DNA from: Nitrososphaeria archaeon
Lineage (GTDB): Archaea > Thermoproteota > Nitrososphaeria > JACIWG01
Length of the DNA stretch: 64,000 bases
Assembly (NCBI GenBank): GCA_026413865.1
Contig: JAOAKB010000002.1
Span: 18,206 to 82,205 of the forward strand
Direction: 5' to 3'
This document shows positions 38,695-47,855 of this stretch, piece by piece; position 1 is the first letter of the stretch, and every line of letters starts with the position of its first letter. The notes beneath the pieces were generated by a model. The model searched no databases. It saw nothing but the letters and a program-made list of their open reading frames with translations, and was not told the DNA's origin. A program made the translations under genes and the position numbers.

Positions 38695-39032
38695 AATTTG
38701 ATATAGAGTATGTTAAGTTAGAAGATTTAATGTTTAAGGAACAATGGCTATTACCTGTGGTGGTTCAAGATGTCAACACTAAAGAGGTTCTTATGGTAGC
38801 GTATGCGAACAAGGAGGCAGTATCTAAAACTTTGGAAACAGGATATGCACATTTTTGGAGTAGAAGCAGAAAGAAACTTTGGAAAAAGGGTGAAACTTCA
38901 GGCAACTTTATAAAGGTAGAAAAGATTCTTGTAGACTGTGACAACGATACACTGCTATATTTGGCTTTTCCAACTGGACCAACATGTCATACAGGAAGAG
39001 TTTCATGCTTTTTTAAAGAATTAACTGTTTAA
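38691..39032 (+). CDS. hisI: Phosphoribosyl-AMP cyclohydrolase (no HisE fusion)
   Basis: SRSR..LW.KGETSG, DCDND, CHTG..SCF. Confidence 0.95.
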   Translation: MKFDIEYVKLEDLMFKEQWLLPVVVQDVNTKEVLMVAYANKEAVSKTLETGYAHFWSRSRKKLWKKGETSGNFIKVEKILVDCDNDTLLYLAFPTGPTCHTGRVSCFFKELTV

Positions 39033-39038
39033 GCGTTA

Positions 39039-39620
39039 TCATTCTAAGCTTCTTTTTATCAAATATTTTATAAGCTTATGACTTATTACTGGCCTCCCAT
39101 TTTCTATAGGATAAGCGTAGGGTAGAACTATGTAATGGTGATAAGGCTGTTTTTCCAACTTAATCTTTATTCTAAGCCCACGCTTAACAGGAATATCCTC
39201 TAACTTTTTACCATTCATCACCATATAGGAAACATATACAGCACCGTCTATAGGAAATTGCCAAACACCAATATTTCTCAACAAAGCACCCTTTGCATAT
39301 GAACTTAACATTTTAGACGTCCTACCTTGAGGAGGATTATCGCCTAAAATGCCTCCAATCACAACAGCCTTTTTATTAACCATATCTTCATAGCAAAGTC
39401 TTAATTCAGCTTGAGGATCTAATATTATAATATCTTTTGGGTCAAAAATTTCCCAAACATGTGATTGAACGACTTTACCAAGTTTAGACAAAACTTTAAC
39501 CCAACCAGATGGAACATTTGTAAAAACAATATTTTTTCCAGTAATTTTTGAAGCATTCTCATATTCATAATAAAGCCATTTACTTAGTTCATTCTCCAAA
39601 TTTTCTATAATAATTTCCAA
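39039..39620 (-). CDS. SPOUT methyltransferase, Sfm1/DUF431-like
   Basis: IIIENLE...W...EY, LDPQA, GGILGD.PP.GRT, Q..IDGA. Confidence 0.8.
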   Translation of the reverse strand: MEIIIENLENELSKWLYYEYENASKITGKNIVFTNVPSGWVKVLSKLGKVVQSHVWEIFDPKDIIILDPQAELRLCYEDMVNKKAVVIGGILGDNPPQGRTSKMLSSYAKGALLRNIGVWQFPIDGAVYVSYMVMNGKKLEDIPVKRGLRIKIKLEKQPYHHYIVLPYAYPIENGRPVISHKLIKYLIKRSLE

Positions 39621-39639
39621 CCTATATCACATTCAAACA

Positions 39640-40224
39640 TTATACCAGTTGATTAAAGCTTGCCAATCTTGCACCAGCATTAACCATTTCATTAAGGGCT
39701 TCCTCACTATCCTTTGGTTTCAAGTTAACACCCTTTACTGCATCCACTAGAACATAAACTTCATACCCAAGTTTTAGAGCATCACGAACAGTGGCCTTAA
39801 CACAATAATCTGTGGCTAAACCAGCAACAAAAAGTCTTCTTACATTATTCCTCCTAAGTATTTTATCTAATTCTGTTCCCTGGAAACCTGAGTATGCTTC
39901 AATTTCAGGCTTAAAAGCTTTAGAAATTACAATAACATTCTTAGGCAATTTTAGCATCGGATGAAACTCTGCACCCCAAGTATTTTGCACACAGTGTACA
40001 GGCCAAAGACCACCATACTCTTTAAAAGAAATATGATTTTTGGGATGCCAGTCTCTAGTTGCAACAACAATAGCATTTTTTGAAACAAACTTCTCAATAT
40101 ACTTGTTTATAACAGGAACTATCTTGTCCCCCTCTGGTACTGCAAGTGCACCACCAGGACAGAAATCATTTTGTACGTCTACAATTATAAGTGCATCATT
40201 TCCTACAATATTGACATATTCCAT
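39640..40224 (-). CDS. pncA: Nicotinamidase/pyrazinamidase
   Basis: VDVQNDFCPGG, DWHP..H, WPVHC, GLATDYCV. Confidence 0.93.
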   Translation of the reverse strand: MEYVNIVGNDALIIVDVQNDFCPGGALAVPEGDKIVPVINKYIEKFVSKNAIVVATRDWHPKNHISFKEYGGLWPVHCVQNTWGAEFHPMLKLPKNVIVISKAFKPEIEAYSGFQGTELDKILRRNNVRRLFVAGLATDYCVKATVRDALKLGYEVYVLVDAVKGVNLKPKDSEEALNEMVNAGARLASFNQLV

Positions 40225-40264
40225 ACTTCTAAAACTATTTAAAAGGAATATAATAAATTTTTTT

Positions 40265-40440
40265 GGTTAAGAATATAGTTTCAATAAAGGTTAAAGCAAG
40301 CATAATTGTAAGAAAACTATTGCTCTGGATTCTTTAATTTAATATAGAATTTTTAATCAATATAAAGCTAGAGAATAAAAATCCGCCAAGTATATATGGG
40401 CTGACCTTATAACATTCCAAGCTTCTTAAAATAGAAAGGA
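40265..40440 (-). pseudogene. Possible remnant of a membrane-transporter gene
   Basis: The minus strand reads SPYILGGFLFSSFIL...*...FLTIMLALTFIETIFL, hydrophobic but broken by stops. Confidence 0.25.
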
Positions 40441-40553
40441 TTCTACTTTTCTATAAAGATTAGTAATTTTGTGTAAAAAGCTGCCAAAAAATTTTATATT
40501 CAATTAAAAAATTTGCCTATACACTTATATAAAAGTTTGTATAAGTTATTTGT

Positions 40554-40841
40554 ATGCCAGTTTATGTTCTACTTTCAACATTAACGGACGAGGGTGCCAA
40601 AACAATTAAAAGTAAACCTGAAAGGATCAAGGAAGTTAATAAAGAGATAGAGGCTTTTGGAGTAAAGGTTTTACACCAATATGCTGTACTTGGACCATAT
40701 GATTTTGTTAACATTGTAGAGGCGCCGAATAATGAAACAATTTTTAAACTTTCTGTAGAATTATCCTCACGTGGGACAATTAAGATAATGAGTATGCCAG
40801 CTATTCCAACAGATGAACTCATAAAAATGATCAAAAAATAA
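40554..40841 (+). CDS. GYD-domain protein
   Basis: TDEG...I...PER and LGPYDFV.IVEAP. Confidence 0.88.
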   Translation: MPVYVLLSTLTDEGAKTIKSKPERIKEVNKEIEAFGVKVLHQYAVLGPYDFVNIVEAPNNETIFKLSVELSSRGTIKIMSMPAIPTDELIKMIKK

Positions 40842-40893
40842 TATAGGCACCCTTACCACAAAATTTTTTTAGTACATCAATAATTTAGGAAAA

Positions 40894-41769
40894 TCATATC
40901 TTATCAATAAAAACTATGTCTTCCTGAAAATGATGTTCTGCTTTATCCAAATATCTTCCTTCACTATCTATTATTGAAGATATTCCTTCAAATTGGAAAC
41001 CAAGAATTTTTCCTACACCCATGGGATTAACACCATACTTGAAACCATATTTTTTAGTCATACTATAACATCCTTTCCACCATATTTCCTTAGCCTTATC
41101 CCAAGTTAGTTCAGCATTGGCAGACGGTTGAATAAGTATTTCAGCACCATCTTTTCTAAGTTTAGAAACTACATCATCAAAAAATGAATCATAACATATG
41201 GCTACACCAATTTTTCCAAACTCTGTTTCAAAGGCATTAATTTTTTCAATACTAGAAGGATGAAGACCTAGCTCATATTCGGGTGGAGTTATGTGAACCT
41301 TACGTTGTACACCTATAATTTTTCCTTCGGGGTCAAAAGTATATGAAATATTTCTTACCTTACCCTCATATTTAACAAATGTTGAGCCTGCAACAACATA
41401 GCATCCACTTTTTCTAGCAACTTCCTCGAAAGTTTTAACGTAGGTTTCAAGCATAGGTTTGCTTTTCCAAATTAGTATTGCTTCCGTCCACTTATTTGTC
41501 AAATTAGTTAACATTATTGAAACCAGCTTGGGAAAATTTTTTATTACAAGCTTTTTTAATGTACTTGAAATGTCTTCACTTTCAAAAGCTTTTGTACCTT
41601 CAAGCACTAGAAAAACACCTACATTTTCTGGATAGACGATAATTCCTTCGCTTCCAATTAATTTGGAGGCTTCGACACCAAGTTTAATCATTTTTTCCTT
41701 AAATCTATAAGACTCCAAATAATCTAAAGTTTCAAACTTGTATTGTATTGCCGCGATACCGGCCATCAT
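40894..41769 (-). CDS. Carbon-nitrogen hydrolase (nitrilase superfamily)
   Basis: Glu-Lys-Cys triad: YPEN, RKVH, ICYD. Confidence 0.88.
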   Translation of the reverse strand: MMAGIAAIQYKFETLDYLESYRFKEKMIKLGVEASKLIGSEGIIVYPENVGVFLVLEGTKAFESEDISSTLKKLVIKNFPKLVSIMLTNLTNKWTEAILIWKSKPMLETYVKTFEEVARKSGCYVVAGSTFVKYEGKVRNISYTFDPEGKIIGVQRKVHITPPEYELGLHPSSIEKINAFETEFGKIGVAICYDSFFDDVVSKLRKDGAEILIQPSANAELTWDKAKEIWWKGCYSMTKKYGFKYGVNPMGVGKILGFQFEGISSIIDSEGRYLDKAEHHFQEDIVFIDKI

Positions 41770-43055
41770 TCATCAGTCTCCAACTTTTTTCTTTCGAGCA
41801 TTGCCCTTTCTCTCATTAAATTTCTTAGTTTATCCATATCCTTTACCACAAAAAGTGAGGCTATAAAAAGGAAGATTCCACAAAAAAGCCATGCAGTTGA
41901 TGATATGGAGGCAATGGCTACACCTAAACCGTAAACATCAGCTATAATTCCAGCCGCCAGAGGAGAAAGAGAACTTCCTACATTCCCAAAGAATTCGTGA
42001 ATGGATATTGCTAAACTTCTTGCCTCCGGCTCTGTCACATCGTTTATTGTAGCAATAACATTGGCTGACGCCATAGGAATTACCGAAGCAGTAATGATAG
42101 CAAAATACTGGAAAATATCCTTAGAGCCTGCATAAATTGTTAAAGTTATCAAAATTGCACTTGCAAACACAATTAGAGTAGAAAATAGAAGCCTACCACG
42201 TCTATATTTTTTAAAAAGAAAGTCACCAAAGACACCACCTACAATATATCCAATGGTCATTAAAACCATTAAAATTATCATAAAAAAGGTGGCTTCATCA
42301 TTTGGATAATTTCTTACATTTACAAGATAACTGAACATCCAGTATATAATGGCCTGCCAAGCAAACATTGCAGAAAAACATTGAATATATAATAGTAACA
42401 GTGTCCTTTTTCTCAGAACATTAATAATATTTTCTCTACTAATCCTATATACAGTTATTTTACTGAATGATTCTAGTTCTGGTTCAGAAATGCCTCTTTG
42501 AGGGTCTCTTACAAAAAGGTATATCATTAGCGCAATAATTATTCCAATAGAACCTGTAAAGAAATATGCATACCTCCAACCATACTGTGAGCCAATAAAA
42601 AGTGATATCAGACTTCCTAATATAGTTCCAGTAACATTCGAGGCATAAAGCAAGCCCATTGCTCTTCCTCTCTCTGCAGGTTTAAAATAGTCTGAGACAA
42701 CACTATATATTCCAGGATAACATGAATCATCTACACCAGTAGCAGATCTTGATATTAGAAAATTGAAAAAGTTTCTTGCAAGAGCACTAATCCAAGTTGT
42801 AGCACCCCATATAAATGAGGCTAAAGAAATTAATTTTGTCCTAGAATATTTGTCATAAAGATAACCCCAAGTTGGATAAAGTATAGAGGCAACAATTAAA
42901 CTACCAGTAAGAACCATACCCATTTCCGTATAAGATATTTCAAATTCATTCATAATAGAAGGAGTTAGAAAACTTATCATAAGTTTGTCAGCATAGTGGA
43001 AGATTACAAAAGACATGAATATTGATAAAACAAGCCAACGATATCTTTTCCCCAT
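41766..43055 (-). CDS. MFS transporter
   Basis: GYLYDKYSR, SDYF...RGRA.G, about 12 TM helices. 4-nt overlap with the hydrolase gene. Confidence 0.9.
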   Translation of the reverse strand: MGKRYRWLVLSIFMSFVIFHYADKLMISFLTPSIMNEFEISYTEMGMVLTGSLIVASILYPTWGYLYDKYSRTKLISLASFIWGATTWISALARNFFNFLISRSATGVDDSCYPGIYSVVSDYFKPAERGRAMGLLYASNVTGTILGSLISLFIGSQYGWRYAYFFTGSIGIIIALMIYLFVRDPQRGISEPELESFSKITVYRISRENIINVLRKRTLLLLYIQCFSAMFAWQAIIYWMFSYLVNVRNYPNDEATFFMIILMVLMTIGYIVGGVFGDFLFKKYRRGRLLFSTLIVFASAILITLTIYAGSKDIFQYFAIITASVIPMASANVIATINDVTEPEARSLAISIHEFFGNVGSSLSPLAAGIIADVYGLGVAIASISSTAWLFCGIFLFIASLFVVKDMDKLRNLMRERAMLERKKLETDE

Positions 43056-43189
43056 ATATTAAGAAGAAACGAAAATATTATAAAAATTTTACCACAATTA
43101 AAAAATATGGCTTACCTTTTAATAAAAAGTTGCTAACAATTGAACATACTAAAATAAAATTTTTATACACAAGTTGGAAACAAAGTATT

Positions 43190-43441
43190 ATGGGAAAAGA
43201 ATTTTTAGAGATAACTTCACTTGACGCACTCATTAAGGTAGCAGAAGAGGCCAAAGTTGTAATCAGAATGGATCCCATAATTATAATACCATTATATGGC
43301 TTAACATTTTTTCTCGATCTAAGGAAAATGAATGAAGGAGAAGTAAAAGAAATTTTTATTAAACTTAGGGATAAAATTGTTCTAGTTAATAGAATAGTTA
43401 TGGAAGACTCTTTAAGTGATTTAATAAAAAAAGTTGTTTAA
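43190..43441 (+). CDS. Small hypothetical protein
   Basis: Likely ATG at 43190, downstream of a TTTATA box. Confidence 0.6.
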   Translation: MGKEFLEITSLDALIKVAEEAKVVIRMDPIIIIPLYGLTFFLDLRKMNEGEVKEIFIKLRDKIVLVNRIVMEDSLSDLIKKVV

Positions 43442-43463
43442 AAAAAAGGTTATAGAAAGTTAT

Positions 43464-44195
43464 TTACTTTTGACTCGCTTTCCACTTTAAATAATCAAAG
43501 TTTGGAGCTTTAAACACTTTCTGTTGCTCTATTTCTCTTCTCCTAAGTTCTCTAGCATATTCTAGAACCTTAGGTAAAAATCGCTCCGGAAACTTTGCAG
43601 CACCACATACGTCCATGTGCACAATGTCTCCTGGAGAAACAGCCATTCCAGCAACATTAACTGGAATATTTGCACCTCTTAACATTAGTGGACCATGACC
43701 TGATGTTAGTCCTGTTGCCAAATATTGGACTTTCATTTCCTTAATTTCTTCAAAGTCCCTCATTGGGCCGTCTGTTACTACACCTACAACACCCATAGCT
43801 TTAAACTGTGCAGTCATATTACCTCCAAAAAGTCCAGAAAGGTTTCTTAGCTCTGGTGGATATGTTTGTTTGGCAACTAAAATTATTGGCTTTTTTGTTT
43901 CATATAAGTGGTCTAGTAATATAAACTTGTCGAGTTTCGTATAGTTTAGAGATTCTTCAGAATACCATGCTGTTGCAGCATAGCCACATACAGGCCCAAG
44001 TTCAGGATACATACATTTTAGTGTCTGGTCTGTATAATATTCTCCATACCATGCATCATACAATTTTAGACATATATCGCTACCAGGATATGTTGCAACA
44101 ACATTACATATTGTAGCAGTATCAAAGTTTCTCAATTCTTGAATTATTTCTTCATTTGTCATTTCATTAATTTCTTTAACTTTCTTACTACTCAT
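43464..44195 (-). CDS. RraA/HMG-CHA aldolase family protein
   Basis: DTATICN, GYAAT, FGGNM, GVVTDGPMRD, VSPGD. Confidence 0.85.
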   Translation of the reverse strand: MSSKKVKEINEMTNEEIIQELRNFDTATICNVVATYPGSDICLKLYDAWYGEYYTDQTLKCMYPELGPVCGYAATAWYSEESLNYTKLDKFILLDHLYETKKPIILVAKQTYPPELRNLSGLFGGNMTAQFKAMGVVGVVTDGPMRDFEEIKEMKVQYLATGLTSGHGPLMLRGANIPVNVAGMAVSPGDIVHMDVCGAAKFPERFLPKVLEYARELRRREIEQQKVFKAPNFDYLKWKASQK

Positions 44196-44345
44196 GATTT
44201 TTAACTCCAATTTTAATATTATTAAACTTTTATATTAGAAATGGGAACAATCAAGTTAAAAATTAAAAAAGTTTAATAAGAATACTTTTGAAACCAATTA
44301 CACCTTCTGATAAAAGAATGTGATTGTATCAAGAGGGAGTAAAAT

Positions 44346-45248
44346 ATGAACATGGAAATTTTGAAAGCTATGGAACTTACAAAGATATACAAGGGTGGAG
44401 TAAAAGCTTTGGATAATGTTAGTTTCGATTTTTATGGCCAAGGAGTTTTTACAATATTGGGAAGAAATGGTGCAGGAAAGACTACATTTTTAAGAATAAT
44501 TGGAACACAACTTTTACCATCTAAGGGTAAAGCTTATGTTTTAGGATATGATGTTGTAAAAGAAAGTAAAAATGTTAGAAAAAATATTACGGTTATGCCT
44601 CAAGAAGGTTCAACTTTACCACCTCTTACTCCATGGGATCATGTATACTATACTCTTAGAATTAGAGGATTTAGCAAGGAAGAGGCTAGAGAAAATGCAT
44701 TAGAAGCTTTATCAGCACTTGAACTGCTCGAATACAAGGATGTACATGCTGACCAACTTTCTGGAGGATTAAGACAAAGAACTTTGGTTGCAATGGCAAT
44801 GGCTACCAAGTCAAAACTATTACTCTTAGATGAACCAACGTTAGGACTAGACCCATTAAGTAGGAGAAATATTTGGAAAGTTATAAGAGAATATTGCAAA
44901 AAATATGGTTCAATAATTTTGACAACCCATTACTTAGATGAGGCTGAAATCTTGTCTGATGATATCGTTATATTGAATAATGGTAAGGTTATTGCTAAAG
45001 GAAGTGTAGAACAGTTGAAAAGTGAAGTTAGAGAGAAGGTTAAAGTCGAGGTGTATAATGGTTTTACAGAGGAAGAATTAAGGTCATATGGTCGAATAGT
45101 TGTTGTTGGTGACAGAAAAAGAGTTTTAACAGATGAAAAGTCAGCACAGGAGCTTGTAAAAATTTCTATAAAACGGGGTGTCAGAGTACAAACATCGCCT
45201 ATAACTTTAGACGATGTTTTTGTAGACCTTGCAGCCGAAGGTGAGTAA
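44346..45248 (+). CDS. ABC-2 (DrrA-like) ATPase
   Basis: GRNGAGKT, LSGG, LDEPT.GLDP, TTHYLDEAE. Confidence 0.92.
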   Translation: MNMEILKAMELTKIYKGGVKALDNVSFDFYGQGVFTILGRNGAGKTTFLRIIGTQLLPSKGKAYVLGYDVVKESKNVRKNITVMPQEGSTLPPLTPWDHVYYTLRIRGFSKEEARENALEALSALELLEYKDVHADQLSGGLRQRTLVAMAMATKSKLLLLDEPTLGLDPLSRRNIWKVIREYCKKYGSIILTTHYLDEAEILSDDIVILNNGKVIAKGSVEQLKSEVREKVKVEVYNGFTEEELRSYGRIVVVGDRKRVLTDEKSAQELVKISIKRGVRVQTSPITLDDVFVDLAAEGE

Positions 45249-45251
45249 AAG

Positions 45252-45983
45252 ATGGGAATAATGTCTGTTCTAATTTTAGGTTACATGTATGGTTTTCTTT
45301 GGCTAAGAAGAAACCTTCTTTCAATGGTATGGCTTTTTTCAACACCCTTTACCATTCTCTTCCTCTTTTACACTATTATTGGTGAAAAGGCTTTACCTAC
45401 AGCATTTGTAGGCTCATATATTATGATATTTGTTGGAGCAGGTGTTAGTGTGATGGGAGACATTGTGTGGATAAAACGTGAAATAAAACTTCAAGATATA
45501 TTTGTGGCTTCACCATTGTCTGCTTTAGAATATATGGCAGGTATTGCTTTGGCGGAACTCTTTTTCTCTGCACCCGGAATAATTCTACTTTTTATACCAC
45601 TCATGATAATGAATTCGAGCCTTAGTGGTATAATAACAATAATTGTGGTGCCTATATTTACATGGGTAATAGTATCAGCAATAAGCTTTTATATTTCAAC
45701 ATATGTTCCAAACGCTAGAAATGGATGGCAAATAAGTTCGATTTTGAGCCTCATACTCACAATTTTACCTCCAATATTTTATCCAATAGAAATTATCCCC
45801 GAAGTTTTAAAGCCTTTAGCTTACCTTATACCAACGACACATTCAGCCCAAATATTAAAACAGTGTGTGAAAGTAGTTACCCTCAGCTCTAACGAAATTT
45901 TGATGAGTTGGGCATATTTGATACTTTTCCTCGTCTTCTCAATCTTTTTGGCAGTAAAGATGGCGAGATGGAGGGAAATTTAG
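45252..45983 (+). CDS. ABC-2 permease
   Basis: Six TM helices with PPIFYP...P....LIPTT. Confidence 0.85.
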   Translation: MGIMSVLILGYMYGFLWLRRNLLSMVWLFSTPFTILFLFYTIIGEKALPTAFVGSYIMIFVGAGVSVMGDIVWIKREIKLQDIFVASPLSALEYMAGIALAELFFSAPGIILLFIPLMIMNSSLSGIITIIVVPIFTWVIVSAISFYISTYVPNARNGWQISSILSLILTILPPIFYPIEIIPEVLKPLAYLIPTTHSAQILKQCVKVVTLSSNEILMSWAYLILFLVFSIFLAVKMARWREI

Positions 45984-46013
45984 CTACAGTAAAGATTATG
46001 AGATACAATATAC

Positions 46014-47114
46014 TTGCCCAAATCTATGGAATATACAGTAAAATGTAGCAAATGTGGTAAAGAAGACTGGGATAACACAAGTTGGAAGTGTGAATGTGGT
46101 GCACCATATAACATAATCTTAGAAGAAAAATTCTATGTTAATAGAATCGAAAGAAAAAACTATAGTTTATGGCGTTACAAAAAATTTTATCCATACATCA
46201 AAGACTCCATAGTTACACTTGGCGAGGGCTTTACACCAATTATTAAAGTTGAGGATAATCTTTGGTTTAAGCTTGACTTCTTAATGCCCACAGGCTCATA
46301 CAAAGATAGGGGCTCATCAATACTAGTTTCAGGGATAATAGAAAATTTAAAAGGAATTAATTGTGTTTCAGAAGATTCTTCAGGAAATGCTGGCGCGTCG
46401 ATTGCAGCATACTGTGCTAGGGCAGCGTTAAAAGCAAAAATATTTGTTCCAGAAAATGCGTCTGGACCTAAACTTTTTCAAATAAAAAAGTATGGGGCTG
46501 AAGTTTATACTGTTAAAGGGAAAAGAGAGGACGTATCAGCTGCCGCACAAAATGTTAAGGACAGCCTATATGTGGGCCACTCTTGGCACCCATATTTTAA
46601 AGACGGTATAAGGACATTAGCTTATGAGATCGCTGAACAAATGGACTGGAAGACGTTTGATAACATATTTCTACCAGTTTCAGCTGGAACGCTCTTACTT
46701 GGAGTCATAGCAGGTTTCATTCATTTACTCGATTCTGGCATAATTGATAAAATGCCTAAAATTATAGCATGCCAAACTAGCCAGGTTTCCCCCTTATATC
46801 ATAAGTTAAAGGGAGGCAAATATATTAAACCTGAAAAAATACTTTCTGTAGCAGACGCCTTAATAACTACAAATCCACCATTACTTGAAGAAATGTATAA
46901 TATGATGAAAAAAATAGATGGAGATGCTGAAATCGTAAATGAAAACGAAATTATTCAAGCGCACACTATTTTAGCAAAAAAGGGCGTGTATGTTGAACCA
47001 AGTTCGGCTGTGGCTTATGCCGCATATTTAAAACGTTTAAAGGAAAAAAATTTAAGTGAAAAGGAAAATGTATTAATTATACTTACGGGTTCCGGTTTAA
47101 AAAGTGCACTTTAA
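46014..47114 (+). CDS. thrC: Threonine synthase family PLP enzyme with N-terminal Zn ribbon
   Basis: CSKC..CEC, LGEGFTP, PTGSYKDRG, SSGNAG, EPSSA, LTGSGLK. Confidence 0.85.
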   Translation: MPKSMEYTVKCSKCGKEDWDNTSWKCECGAPYNIILEEKFYVNRIERKNYSLWRYKKFYPYIKDSIVTLGEGFTPIIKVEDNLWFKLDFLMPTGSYKDRGSSILVSGIIENLKGINCVSEDSSGNAGASIAAYCARAALKAKIFVPENASGPKLFQIKKYGAEVYTVKGKREDVSAAAQNVKDSLYVGHSWHPYFKDGIRTLAYEIAEQMDWKTFDNIFLPVSAGTLLLGVIAGFIHLLDSGIIDKMPKIIACQTSQVSPLYHKLKGGKYIKPEKILSVADALITTNPPLLEEMYNMMKKIDGDAEIVNENEIIQAHTILAKKGVYVEPSSAVAYAAYLKRLKEKNLSEKENVLIILTGSGLKSAL

Positions 47115-47787
47115 GTTTCTCGATTGCATTAACAATATTTTCTACAACTTCCTCAGGAGGGCGGTTCATCCAAACTTCTATAAATGGGACTGAACCTTTT
47201 TTAATATAATATTCTATTACAGGCTTACTTTGTTGTTCGTAAACTTTTAATCGCTCTTCAATAACTTCAGGCTTGTCATCATCTCTTTGGATTAAAGGCG
47301 AACCACATTTATCACATTTCATATCATTTTTTGGGAGTAGTGGTGGAAGAATGTATTCGACTCCTTCGATAGTCTTCTTTATATTGGCTATGTTATAGTT
47401 TCCATCACATTTTGGATTTGAACATATTCTTCTTGCTGAAATCTTTTCAACCAATATTTCTTTATGAGCGTTAATTTTTATTATTGCATCAATTTTAGCG
47501 ATTTTGTCAAGAACTTTAGCTTGTTCAACTGTCCGAGGATAACCATCTAGTATAAAATTATCTAAACCTTCAAGTTTTCTTTTAACCACTTCTATAACTA
47601 TTTCATCAGGAACTAGCTTTCCTTCTTTTAAATAGTTTTCAATTTTTTTACCTAGATCAGTGCCCCTCTTTATTTCCTCTCTGAATATGTCTCCAGTAGA
47701 AATCTTTTCTAAGCCATACCTTTCTCTTAGTCTCATGGAATAGGTTCCTTTTCCAGAACCAGGTGGACCAAAAATTATTAACTTCAT
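47083..47787 (-). CDS. adk: Adenylate kinase, bacterial long type with Zn-LID
   Basis: GPPGSGKGT, STGDIFR, LVPDE, LDGYPRT, CSNPKC..CDKC, QRDDD. Confidence 0.92.
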   Translation of the reverse strand: MKLIIFGPPGSGKGTYSMRLRERYGLEKISTGDIFREEIKRGTDLGKKIENYLKEGKLVPDEIVIEVVKRKLEGLDNFILDGYPRTVEQAKVLDKIAKIDAIIKINAHKEILVEKISARRICSNPKCDGNYNIANIKKTIEGVEYILPPLLPKNDMKCDKCGSPLIQRDDDKPEVIEERLKVYEQQSKPVIEYYIKKGSVPFIEVWMNRPPEEVVENIVNAIEKLKVHFLNRNP

Positions 47788-47855
47788 ATCTATCACCAAC
47801 CTTAACTATTTGTGCAATTTTAAATCTTTTGAAAAAATTAAAAAAAGATTTTGGG

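Noticed and set aside
40431-40454. Imperfect hairpin atagaaag-gattcta-cttttctat
   Set aside because: Short, bulged and AT-rich, so expected by chance.
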